A DNA stretch of 64,000 nucleotides from a virus, in the IMG/VR virus record IMGVR_UViG_3300021420_000019, positions 37,524-101,523 of that record; one strand, 5' to 3'. The position numbers and the translations under genes are program-made. Every line of letters starts with the position of its first letter. Position 1 is the stretch's first letter. Below, one piece after another: positions 55,260-64,000 of this stretch. The notes under the pieces were generated by a model, which worked only from the letters and a program-made list of their open reading frames with translations, was not told the origin of the DNA and did no database searches.

Positions 55260-56442
55260 CTTTTATCCTGATTTGAAAGGGTGGACGCCAGTTACACCAT
55301 CCGCGCCATCTGCGCCCCCTTCAAATAGCAGTTCATCGGGGCCATCTCAGCTACCACCTAGTTCAGATACTCCATCTTCACCGTACTTGCGCACTAGTCT
55401 TCCCCTTCCGTTACAGTATAGCCCGGATACATTACGACAAAGTAATCGCCCGGGTCTTTCCGGTTTTCGTATCGCACCTCTGCCTCCTGGTGGGGTCGCA
55501 GCGATCAACGCCGCATCAACTTCGGTTGTTAACAATTCGATAACAGAGTTCGCGGCCTCATCAGGCGCAGCAGGACCAAACGGAAGCGTACAATTTAATA
55601 ACGCCGGGCCACTCGGCGGAGTTAGCCAGTTTAATTGGAATAACGCCACCAGTACCTTGGGAATTACTGGCAGTTTAACTTTGTCTACTCCTCTCGGGGT
55701 CACATACGGCGGAACCGGATCGAATCTCTCTGCGACCGGAGGAGCGAACGAAGTTGTCCAGCAGTCCACTGTGGGCGGTCCGTTCACGGTCGGACAGTTA
55801 TCGTTTACTAACATATCAGGAATTTTGTCTGTCGCGTCCGGCGGAACGGGAACGGCGACGCCCGCGCTTGTAGCGGGCATGGATATCACGATCACTGGAC
55901 CCTGGCCCGATCAGACTGTCGCGGTTAAGACTCAGGCTGGGGTCACCCCGGGCTCTTATATAAATTCTAATATAACAGTTGATTCTAGCGGGATCATAAC
56001 TGCTATCTCAAGCGGCTCGGGCGCGACTGGTAGCACGGTCGCGGCTGTGAACGCGGTAGTTCAATCAGCGGCTATCAGCACCACCCCATTGTACACAGTT
56101 CCAGCTTCGCCAGCGGGCGGATCGAACTTCATGCTGTCCTGGAACGCGAAGACTACTACAGCCGCAGGAAGCACATCGACCCTCGGACCCCTTCAGTTAA
56201 CTTTTACGAGTCCTGACGGTGTTACATTTACCGCTCAGAACTTGCAATATACGATTTGGCCCGGCGGCGTAGCAATCGACTTGTCCGGAAATACTTTCAA
56301 TACAACAACTGATTTGTCGATGGGTATCCCGATTCTTATAAACGTTCAAGCGGGATCAACGATCAGCTACGCCTTTGGGTACGCCTCTAGCGGCGTGCCG
56401 TCTATGGTTTACGATCTTCACGTTCGTCTTGTATTAGTATAA
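55246..56442 (+). CDS. Tail fibre-like protein
   Basis: GSVQFNN, GGTG motifs, GSY.N..ITVD..G. Confidence 0.65.
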   Translation: MPLSDFYPDLKGWTPVTPSAPSAPPSNSSSSGPSQLPPSSDTPSSPYLRTSLPLPLQYSPDTLRQSNRPGLSGFRIAPLPPGGVAAINAASTSVVNNSITEFAASSGAAGPNGSVQFNNAGPLGGVSQFNWNNATSTLGITGSLTLSTPLGVTYGGTGSNLSATGGANEVVQQSTVGGPFTVGQLSFTNISGILSVASGGTGTATPALVAGMDITITGPWPDQTVAVKTQAGVTPGSYINSNITVDSSGIITAISSGSGATGSTVAAVNAVVQSAAISTTPLYTVPASPAGGSNFMLSWNAKTTTAAGSTSTLGPLQLTFTSPDGVTFTAQNLQYTIWPGGVAIDLSGNTFNTTTDLSMGIPILINVQAGSTISYAFGYASSGVPSMVYDLHVRLVLV

Positions 56443-56452
56443 AGGTAAAATT

Positions 56453-57967
56453 ATGAGTTTAATTCCTACTAAGGAAAGCGTAATCGGGACATTTATTAAC
56501 CCGCGTCGTGCGACCAACGACTTTTTGCAACTGCAAGATAGCCAGGGAGGTACGATTTTCGGATGGGTGGATAGTGACGGCCACTTGCAGGGGAGTCTTC
56601 TGTCCGGCATAACTGGAATCGGTGGTAGTATCGCGAGCGGTCAAATCGCTGTCGGGTCCGGTGTAAATGTTATTTCAGGAAGCGCTGCGCTGACTTTTTC
56701 TGGTGGAAGTCTCATAGTTAATGCTACTAATTCTATAAGTCTTAACAATTCAGGCGCAAATGGCACAAGCATCTCGGATTCAGGTGGCGGCGGTTTAAAT
56801 GTTCTAACTAGCGGTGGCGGAAGTTTTAATCAAATAATTAATACAGGCACTGGTGGTACAACTATCGAAGATGCTGGAGGCGGTGGATTAACTGTCGAGA
56901 CTCCTACTGCATTTTTGACTCTGACGCAGGGCTTGGGAACAACTCTACGAGATACAAGTAATACCGGAATTATAATTGATGCATCTCACTTGGGTGGTGT
57001 TCTATCTATTAACCCGAGCGGACAACCTATCACGATTGGCGGAACTATTGTCAGCAACATAGTTCTAACCGGAAACTTTACTGAAACAGGCGTCATGACG
57101 GTTACCGGCCCGGCTACGGCGGGTACGGTACCCGGAAATTTTGTATCTACAGGCCACGGGCCAACGAACGTATTAGACGCGGTTTTGGCTATCTCCAACT
57201 CAGGCGGGGGTGCAACCGCATACATAGGCCGAAGTGCAACTGGTGTTTTCTTTATTACCAATGACGGCGCGGCCATCCCTAACCATGGGTATTTTCAATT
57301 TAATAGTGCAGGTGATGTACAGCTATTAGCTGGCGCTAATGGCGCGGCGCTTGCCATGAATACGAGTGCGGGGGCGTTTCCTGCGGGCTCTGTGGTCTGG
57401 GGCATGCCTGATACAGGGGTTGGATTCGCGGTATTTCATATGTCGGGCGGCCCGAACAACGCAGCGTGGCAGTGGCAAACTGACACAGGCTTGATGACCT
57501 TTGCAGGCGCTACATCAGGTACCGCTTCAATGGGCGTAGCCGCCGTAGCGGGAACTCCGAATCCAATACTATTGCCCACGAGTACAGGAACTTCCGGACA
57601 GGTCCTTACTACCGACGGCGCAAACCCCCAACAAACTAGCTGGACCGGCGGCGGCACGGGTACCTCTGGTACTGTAACCGGCACCATCGCGTCCGGCACG
57701 GCGGTATTAGGAACCGCGCTTATCGCGTCCGGCGCGAAGGCGACGACGGTCACGGTCGCGGGATCGGGTATTCTGGCAACAGATAATGTCATGGCAGACT
57801 TCAGCGTCGATCCGACCTCGACAACAGGGTATGCACCGTCTGCGAACGGTATGTTAACGATCATAAAATTTTGTACAGCAGGCAATGTAAATTTCATAGT
57901 TGTGAATAACACAGGTGCTTCTATAACTCCTGGCGCAGTGACTTTGAACTGGCGTGTGGTGAGATAA
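56453..57967 (+). CDS. Tail fibre-like protein
   Basis: LPTSTGTSGQVLTTDG; C-terminal module shared with the 25458 ORF. Confidence 0.65.
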   Translation: MSLIPTKESVIGTFINPRRATNDFLQLQDSQGGTIFGWVDSDGHLQGSLLSGITGIGGSIASGQIAVGSGVNVISGSAALTFSGGSLIVNATNSISLNNSGANGTSISDSGGGGLNVLTSGGGSFNQIINTGTGGTTIEDAGGGGLTVETPTAFLTLTQGLGTTLRDTSNTGIIIDASHLGGVLSINPSGQPITIGGTIVSNIVLTGNFTETGVMTVTGPATAGTVPGNFVSTGHGPTNVLDAVLAISNSGGGATAYIGRSATGVFFITNDGAAIPNHGYFQFNSAGDVQLLAGANGAALAMNTSAGAFPAGSVVWGMPDTGVGFAVFHMSGGPNNAAWQWQTDTGLMTFAGATSGTASMGVAAVAGTPNPILLPTSTGTSGQVLTTDGANPQQTSWTGGGTGTSGTVTGTIASGTAVLGTALIASGAKATTVTVAGSGILATDNVMADFSVDPTSTTGYAPSANGMLTIIKFCTAGNVNFIVVNNTGASITPGAVTLNWRVVR

Positions 57968-59280
57968 TGACAGGCAGCCGCGTATTCGATGGAACGAACT
58001 CTATCCGTACTCCAGCTAGCAGTGTTTATAATAGTCTATCGCAGGAGACGATTGCGTTCTGGGTCTTTCCAACCGATTTAACAAATCAAAGTGTCGCTCT
58101 CGTTAAAGACCCGAACACGCTATCGCCATTAGGCCCGGTTCTGCAATTGCAGGGCGGCCAAATTTCGGTATTCTTAAATGATGGTGGTGCGGGCTCTGTC
58201 TCCTCAACCACGATACCAACTAGCTCTTGGAGCTACATTTTGGTAACTATTAATTATTCGCTAGCGCCCGCGAATACCGTTCGTATATACAAAAACGGTA
58301 TTGAAGTATCTTATAGTAGCACGAACACTGGCGGCTCTGGAACTCCAAGTGACGACAGTGGTGATGGCTTTTGGATCGCTGGTGCTGCCTTTACGTTTGG
58401 CACGGGACAGGGGCTCGTTGGCAGTATGGCCGAACTTGCTGTTTGGAACACAGTCTTATCTGGTGCGCAGATCACCGCTGCCGCTGCTAGTACAACCGGA
58501 ATCGCCAGCATTCAGTCCGCTAACTTAGTCGGGTACTGGCACCTGTGCGGGTTAACAAACCCGGAACTCGATGCGACAGCAAACGGGAACAACGGAGCTT
58601 TGGTTCCCGGGCCGTCAACAGCATTTGACACATTTACAACTAATACTGGGCACAGCGCTCTCGCGACCGTAACAGGTACACCGTCAGCGACTAACGAGTG
58701 GGTTTTGTCTATAACTGAACCGGCAAATCCGTCGCCATCTTTCAACGCGGGATGGCTGTTAGTGAACGATGCAGGTCCGGTGGCCGCGCAAGAGTTCTTG
58801 ACTACGACATCCCCGACCACCTTTGACAGCACCTTATCGTCTACGGCGGACTGGGCGTCAGACTTAACTTTCTTTAATAAGCCTCCGGTTCTCCTTCAAG
58901 TGATTACCGGGTCTAGCAGCTTCCCGACTACTACGTTATCTAGCAGTACGATAGCGGTCGCGGTCGGCGGGACAGCGAATCCGATCACCGCTCTGTCTGT
59001 CACGGATACAAAGAGCAACACATACGTTCAACAGGGCTTTACTAGGTTGAATAATACGTACGCGGCCCTATTTATAGCTCAATCCCCGACGACACCGCTG
59101 GTCGGGGGAACTGACACCGTGACCGTTCACTACACCGGCGGGAGCGCGGAGACAAAGACCTTATTGGAGTTGAACTGGTCCGATCCTCCGCTAGCGGGAG
59201 TAGCCTCCCCCGGCTACGCGGGCTGCGGGGTGGTCAGTACGTTTGTTCCCCAAGCGGGCGCGTTCTTAGTAGGTTTTTAA
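57967..59280 (+). CDS. LamG/concanavalin A-like lectin-domain virion protein
   Basis: TIAFWV...W.YILVT...IYKNG...G.MAELAVWN.VLS..QI; LVGYW. Confidence 0.75.
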   Translation: MTGSRVFDGTNSIRTPASSVYNSLSQETIAFWVFPTDLTNQSVALVKDPNTLSPLGPVLQLQGGQISVFLNDGGAGSVSSTTIPTSSWSYILVTINYSLAPANTVRIYKNGIEVSYSSTNTGGSGTPSDDSGDGFWIAGAAFTFGTGQGLVGSMAELAVWNTVLSGAQITAAAASTTGIASIQSANLVGYWHLCGLTNPELDATANGNNGALVPGPSTAFDTFTTNTGHSALATVTGTPSATNEWVLSITEPANPSPSFNAGWLLVNDAGPVAAQEFLTTTSPTTFDSTLSSTADWASDLTFFNKPPVLLQVITGSSSFPTTTLSSSTIAVAVGGTANPITALSVTDTKSNTYVQQGFTRLNNTYAALFIAQSPTTPLVGGTDTVTVHYTGGSAETKTLLELNWSDPPLAGVASPGYAGCGVVSTFVPQAGAFLVGF

Positions 59281-59712
59281 ATGATAAAATTATCGCCGTC
59301 AACCGAACAGGACATCGAGCGTTTGACTGCGTGGATCAAATCTGATCCGTATCACAAAGACTGCTTAAATCCGATTTGGTGGTTAACCGGGGTAGAGGGA
59401 AGTCTTCTTTCATTTCGTTTGGACGACGATCATGGCCCCTTATGTTACGTGCGTTTAGATCAGGATATCTTAACTGGCTTGATCCGCTTGCACACTCAGT
59501 TCGCTCCACGGCAAGATGTGTCTAAGCTTCGGTTAGTGAGAGGGATGTTGAAGTGCGTTCCTATCGTAGAGAAATTTTCCAGAGAACAAAAAGCAAGCGG
59601 GATCGTCTTTCAATCAACTAGTCCTCTATTGATTGATTTTATGAAGAAAAAATTTGAATTTCAGCCAGCAGGCGGTGACGATTATCTGTTTCCGCTCCAG
59701 GCAGGTGTATAG
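59281..59712 (+). CDS. GNAT-like protein (P22 gp14/T7 gp13 position)
   Basis: Size and position before the ejection proteins. Confidence 0.45.
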   Translation: MIKLSPSTEQDIERLTAWIKSDPYHKDCLNPIWWLTGVEGSLLSFRLDDDHGPLCYVRLDQDILTGLIRLHTQFAPRQDVSKLRLVRGMLKCVPIVEKFSREQKASGIVFQSTSPLLIDFMKKKFEFQPAGGDDYLFPLQAGV

Positions 59713-60381
59713 ATGTGTGGCTCATCAGCACAGCAGAATCAGTTAGCATCGCAGGAAGCAAGCTTCTCTTCATTACTTAGCGCAAACTACGCCCAGAACT
59801 TCGGTGCGCAAAGTCAGACTCTTCAGAACTTGACGAATCAATTTACCCCGATAGCAGAGGCCGGACCGGATCAGCAAGGAATGGGTCCGCAGCAACTTGC
59901 CGCCCTCAACACGCAGGCCACTGAAGGCGTCGGTCAAAACTACGCGAACGCCTCTCGTGCGCTAAACACGCAACTTTCATCGCAGGGGGGAGGGAACGAA
60001 TATTTACCCACCGGAGCGGCAGCTTCATTGAAAGGTAATTTGGCGTCATCGGCAGCAAATCAGTTATCTAGCGAACAGCTAGCGATCACAAATCAAAATT
60101 ATAATCTAGGACGCAGTAACTGGCAGAACGCGACTTCAGGATTAAACGCACTCGCAGGTGAGTATAACCCGAACGCGATTGCGGGGCAGGCGTCCGGCGC
60201 AAATCAGTCAGCCGCCGGTCAAGCGAAAGAAATTAACCAGGAAAACAACCAGTGGCAAGGCGAACTTGCGGGAGTTATCACGGGCGGTATAAGCGCTCTA
60301 TCCGGCGGATTGGGCAATCTCGACACAACAGGAAGTTCGACCGGCGGCGAGCAGGCGCTGAACTTCCTTGGCGGAATATAA
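59713..60381 (+). CDS. DNA ejection/internal virion protein
   Basis: MCG start; Q/A/N/G-rich; Gly-rich hydrophobic C-terminus. Confidence 0.6.
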   Translation: MCGSSAQQNQLASQEASFSSLLSANYAQNFGAQSQTLQNLTNQFTPIAEAGPDQQGMGPQQLAALNTQATEGVGQNYANASRALNTQLSSQGGGNEYLPTGAAASLKGNLASSAANQLSSEQLAITNQNYNLGRSNWQNATSGLNALAGEYNPNAIAGQASGANQSAAGQAKEINQENNQWQGELAGVITGGISALSGGLGNLDTTGSSTGGEQALNFLGGI

Positions 60382-60390
60382 GAGGATAAC

Positions 60391-62676
60391 ATGGCACTGA
60401 ACGAAGTAGCACCACAGATTCCGGGGATGCTCCCTAGTTCTCCAGGAACCGATGTGTTAGGTAATCCGACTCCTGCGGGTATGGTTGCGCAGCCGCCAAC
60501 CGCAGGTCCGGCTGCATTATCCGCCCCTCCGACGGGACAAGGTGAAGATGAAAGTCTTCCTCTCGCGCCCCCGTCTGGTGGCGCTACCCTAGGACAGCGA
60601 TCACCCACTCTTAGAGCGCTAGCACAGAACGCTAACCTGGCTGCCAAGAGCAACCCTAAAGCTGCGGCTGCACCGGGAGGTTGGGCTAGGACGCTTCTCG
60701 CTGGCGTACTGCCAGCAGTCAGCGGGCTAGAAAATGGTATGGGAGATGCTGCGGCAGTCGGAACTGTCTCGGCTGGCGGAGGCGCGTTGACCGGAGTCAC
60801 CCGTACCTTGGCTGCGAGAGACCAGAGATTGAAGGCCGAGAAGCAACAGCAATTTCAGAATACGCAAGAGGTCGATAAGAACAAGGCGTTGAACGCTGAA
60901 GCAAACGCCCGCATGATCCACGAACAGCAATTGACTCATAATCTGAAAGAAGAGGGAACTCAAGCGAGCTTGAAGAGCGGACAAGAGCAGCTAGCCGCCT
61001 GGAAGAGCCAGCCGAATCCCGGGATCGAGAGAGCGAAGGGATTGACCGCAGACCAGGCTAAGGAGATGCTTAAGAAGGATAATCTCGATCCGACAGAGGA
61101 GACCTTAGTGCCATCGGGGGTTATCACGACCGTAGATAAAGACGGTCAGCCCTACAACCAACTGACCTACAGCGTTGTAAAGGTCACCCCGGTTGACCTG
61201 GACCCGAAAAATCCAGAACAGAAGAAGGTATTAGATAGAATAAATAGTTTCGCTCCCCCGGAGTCCGGAAAGAAGTGGGAGGGCGAAAACGGCGGGGCCG
61301 TTCACTTCAGCGGCGCGCAGTACAATATGCTCTTGCAGATGTCGAACGAGCGACAGGCCGCTGATATAGCCGCGCAGAAGGTCGCCGCTCAGATGGGGAT
61401 CGAGCAAGAAGATGTCAAGAAGAGCGAGGAAGCTCTGAAGTTTCGCCAAGACCCGAATATCATCAGGGCGCTGGGCGCGGCGACAACTATAAACGGTGCG
61501 CCAGATTTTATCTCCGCTAGAAACGCTCTGCTACAGGCTTCACAGAATCCCAAGAGCCCCCTGTACGGGCAGTACACGAATGTCGATAACGATATGCGAC
61601 AGTTCTTAGGGTACACCGAGGGAGCCAAGGGCGAGAAAAACTATATCTACGACAAGATGATCGAGGACTACCAGAAGAAGGTAGACGCCGGAACCGAGCA
61701 ACTATCAGATTTGAAGAAGGAGTTGAACGGCGCAGACGGACAAAAAGCTGCGTCAATCGCCGGAGGTCTTCAGGCAAAGATAGACGATCCGGCCACTCCT
61801 GCGCCTTTGAAGGCTCAGTATATTCGCATGAGAGATCAAGCCGCCAAACAGTCACAGGCAAGCCTGGCTTACGATGCGGATAAGAAGCAGAGAGAGACCG
61901 CCGCCGAGAACCAGGCGAACACCGGAGATATGTCCGGTATCATGGATATGGTCAAGAACTACGACTACGACCCGGATAAGCTGTTCAGCCGGTTCAAGGA
62001 CCTGAAGGCGAAGAGAGACTTTATATCTCAAGTCTACGCGGAGACCGGACAGAAGTGGTCGGACTCCGAGTACAAGGCCCGTTACGCTACGAAGCAAGAC
62101 TACCGCCCAGAAGGAAAAGGCGGACAGGCCGTACAGAGCTTGAACACGTTCGCCGAACACACCGGGGACGCGAACAACTTAATAGCGAACTTGAACAACA
62201 CCAAGAGCCCGTTACTTAACAAGCCGCTCAACAAGTGGGACGAGTCAGTCCTAGGACAGCCACAGGTCATGCAGTACAGGGTCGCTGTCGCGGCTGCGGC
62301 GGACAACTACATCAACTACCTGCTGAACAACAAGGCCAAGCACGCGTCGGATGACGATCTAGCGGCAAAGCTACAGTCAACAAGTACAAGTCCCGCGCAG
62401 GCTCAGGCCATGATGCGTCAGATGGCTAACACTATCGCTTTGAAGGCCCGTGAGCAGAACTTCGCTTACAGGAAGCAGATGGGCAAGGATATCCCGGAGT
62501 TCCTAGACCCAGATACCGTTCAAATTTTCAAGACCTTCGGTATTAATCCAGATCAGATAACGACCACGGGCCAGAGCGGACTGACGGGCTCTACAAATCC
62601 GGGCGCTCCGAAACCACCCCAGGGCGCACAAACAGCCGTTAAAGATGCACAAGGTAATATCATCGGGTACAGATAA
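60391..62676 (+). CDS. DNA ejection/internal virion protein
   Basis: Large helical protein in the ejection-gene position. Confidence 0.6.
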   Translation: MALNEVAPQIPGMLPSSPGTDVLGNPTPAGMVAQPPTAGPAALSAPPTGQGEDESLPLAPPSGGATLGQRSPTLRALAQNANLAAKSNPKAAAAPGGWARTLLAGVLPAVSGLENGMGDAAAVGTVSAGGGALTGVTRTLAARDQRLKAEKQQQFQNTQEVDKNKALNAEANARMIHEQQLTHNLKEEGTQASLKSGQEQLAAWKSQPNPGIERAKGLTADQAKEMLKKDNLDPTEETLVPSGVITTVDKDGQPYNQLTYSVVKVTPVDLDPKNPEQKKVLDRINSFAPPESGKKWEGENGGAVHFSGAQYNMLLQMSNERQAADIAAQKVAAQMGIEQEDVKKSEEALKFRQDPNIIRALGAATTINGAPDFISARNALLQASQNPKSPLYGQYTNVDNDMRQFLGYTEGAKGEKNYIYDKMIEDYQKKVDAGTEQLSDLKKELNGADGQKAASIAGGLQAKIDDPATPAPLKAQYIRMRDQAAKQSQASLAYDADKKQRETAAENQANTGDMSGIMDMVKNYDYDPDKLFSRFKDLKAKRDFISQVYAETGQKWSDSEYKARYATKQDYRPEGKGGQAVQSLNTFAEHTGDANNLIANLNNTKSPLLNKPLNKWDESVLGQPQVMQYRVAVAAAADNYINYLLNNKAKHASDDDLAAKLQSTSTSPAQAQAMMRQMANTIALKAREQNFAYRKQMGKDIPEFLDPDTVQIFKTFGINPDQITTTGQSGLTGSTNPGAPKPPQGAQTAVKDAQGNIIGYR

Positions 62677-64000
62677 TGACTCAGCTAGCACCAGGAATGA
62701 TGACCGACCTTCAAGGGAACGTTGTACCGATCCCGAAGGACGCCCAACAAGAGCCGATACAGTCTGCGCAGCCATCAGATGATAATATGATGACTGACCT
62801 GCAAGGAAATCGTGTCCCGATTCCGAAGGGATCGACTCAGGAGGCGCTTCCACAGGAGGGCGCTGCGTCACGGTTCGGTTCGGGAGTTGTCGCGGGAACT
62901 AAGGCTATGATCCCTAGTTCCGCTACAGAGACCGCGAAGTCCGTGTTAGCTAACGCTGCTACAGGTGGAGTGTACTCAGGGGTTGAAGCGGCAAAGGGAA
63001 TATACGAGGGCTATAAGCAGGCTCGCGAAGAGGGCCAGCCGATCTACTCATCCGTAGCTAGCGGAATCGGTTCGGTAGCTGGGCTCGATCCGGAAGGTAT
63101 TAGAGAGCGGGCAGCAAAAGGCGATATCGCCGGAATCGTTGGCGAGGCTATCCCGTCAATCGCTTTAACATTGGCTGGCGGAGAGCACGAGAGGATCGGA
63201 CGAGCATTTACATCAGACGCTCGTGCGCTTAAGACCGCATCCGCAACTCGCGAGGCTACGACCGCAACCTACGCCCAGAGGCTCGCAGAGCAAGAGACCG
63301 CCACCGACCAGGCTGTGAGAGCGACACAGCGAGCTAAGCAGCTCACCGACAGCCTCGGCAAGGACCCGAATGTAACTCAGCAGCACGTTGATGACGCGAA
63401 CTCTACCGCGTCCGCTGCGGCAGCGAACGCTAGAAAGGCCACGCAGGCACTGAACGACGCTCACGAGGCTCACGCGCAAGCCGGAGTTGAGGTAGACCGT
63501 CTGACACGCAAGAGCCAGAGGAGCGCTCAGAAGGCATCTGAGAAGACAACCAAGGCCGTCGGCGAGGCGAAGGAAGACTTCCAGAAGGCTATTCCGCCCG
63601 CTCCGAGCGGTAAGGCCGCGTACAGCGACCGCGACTACGATGTCGGTCGCGGGTACCTTGAGAAGCACCACACCGATGTTCAACAGATCGGTTCAGTTCA
63701 AGACGCTTACGACGCGTTCGATCACATCCAGAAGGGAATGGAGACCGAGATCGCCCCATACGTACAAAAGTACGCGAAGGAACCTATCGCTACCAACGTT
63801 AATATGGACGTTCGAGACGCGCTGAAAGATAACCCCCGTCAGGACTTTGTTGAGAAGGGGATGGCCGAGCTAGAAAATTACAACTTAACTGACCCGACCA
63901 TCGAAGAAGCGGACACGATCCGTAAGCAGTTAAACGATGAGAACCGCGCTATCTTGAGAAAGAATATGTGGGACGTTGATACCGCACTCGGTGTCGATCC
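62676..64000 (+). CDS. Large internal virion protein, runs off the right edge (not in the track)
   Basis: ATG overlapping the upstream TAA; MTQLAPGMMTDLQGNVVPIP..., with the MMTDLQGN.VPIPK unit repeated twice. Confidence 0.65.
   Translation, partial: MTQLAPGMMTDLQGNVVPIPKDAQQEPIQSAQPSDDNMMTDLQGNRVPIPKGSTQEALPQEGAASRFGSGVVAGTKAMIPSSATETAKSVLANAATGGVYSGVEAAKGIYEGYKQAREEGQPIYSSVASGIGSVAGLDPEGIRERAAKGDIAGIVGEAIPSIALTLAGGEHERIGRAFTSDARALKTASATREATTATYAQRLAEQETATDQAVRATQRAKQLTDSLGKDPNVTQQHVDDANSTASAAAANARKATQALNDAHEAHAQAGVEVDRLTRKSQRSAQKASEKTTKAVGEAKEDFQKAIPPAPSGKAAYSDRDYDVGRGYLEKHHTDVQQIGSVQDAYDAFDHIQKGMETEIAPYVQKYAKEPIATNVNMDVRDALKDNPRQDFVEKGMAELENYNLTDPTIEEADTIRKQLNDENRAILRKNMWDVDTALGVD

Overview
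This is a 64-kb segment of a dsDNA bacteriophage genome with a podovirus-like (P22/N4-type) structural module. Left arm (1-11.9 kb, minus strand): thyX (runs off the left edge, missing from the ORF track), prim-pol, probable SSB, GroES, two exonucleases, HD hydrolase, dNMP kinase and endonucleases. The strand switch at ~11.9-12.9 kb holds an AT-rich core flanked by ~58-bp inverted repeats (origin-like). From 15.2 to 23.6 kb lies an array of 34 tRNA genes with anticodons for all 20 amino acids. It is interleaved with a phage-encoded RNase P RNA, a circularly permuted anticodon-less tRNA mimic and about a dozen small structured non-tRNA elements. The rest (plus strand) encodes decoration/fibre proteins (two with DUF3494 ice-binding-like domains), terminase, portal, scaffold, a major capsid gene split by two very small ORF-less group I introns, adaptor/tail proteins and DNA-ejection proteins. 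About ten free-standing homing-endonuclease-like genes are scattered through the window. The strongest unexplained signal is a two-hairpin kissing-loop element, with covarying 6-8-nt loops, that buries the Shine-Dalgarno sequence. It occurs upstream of seven genes, six of them endonucleases from three different families. All calls were made by eye, without database searches.
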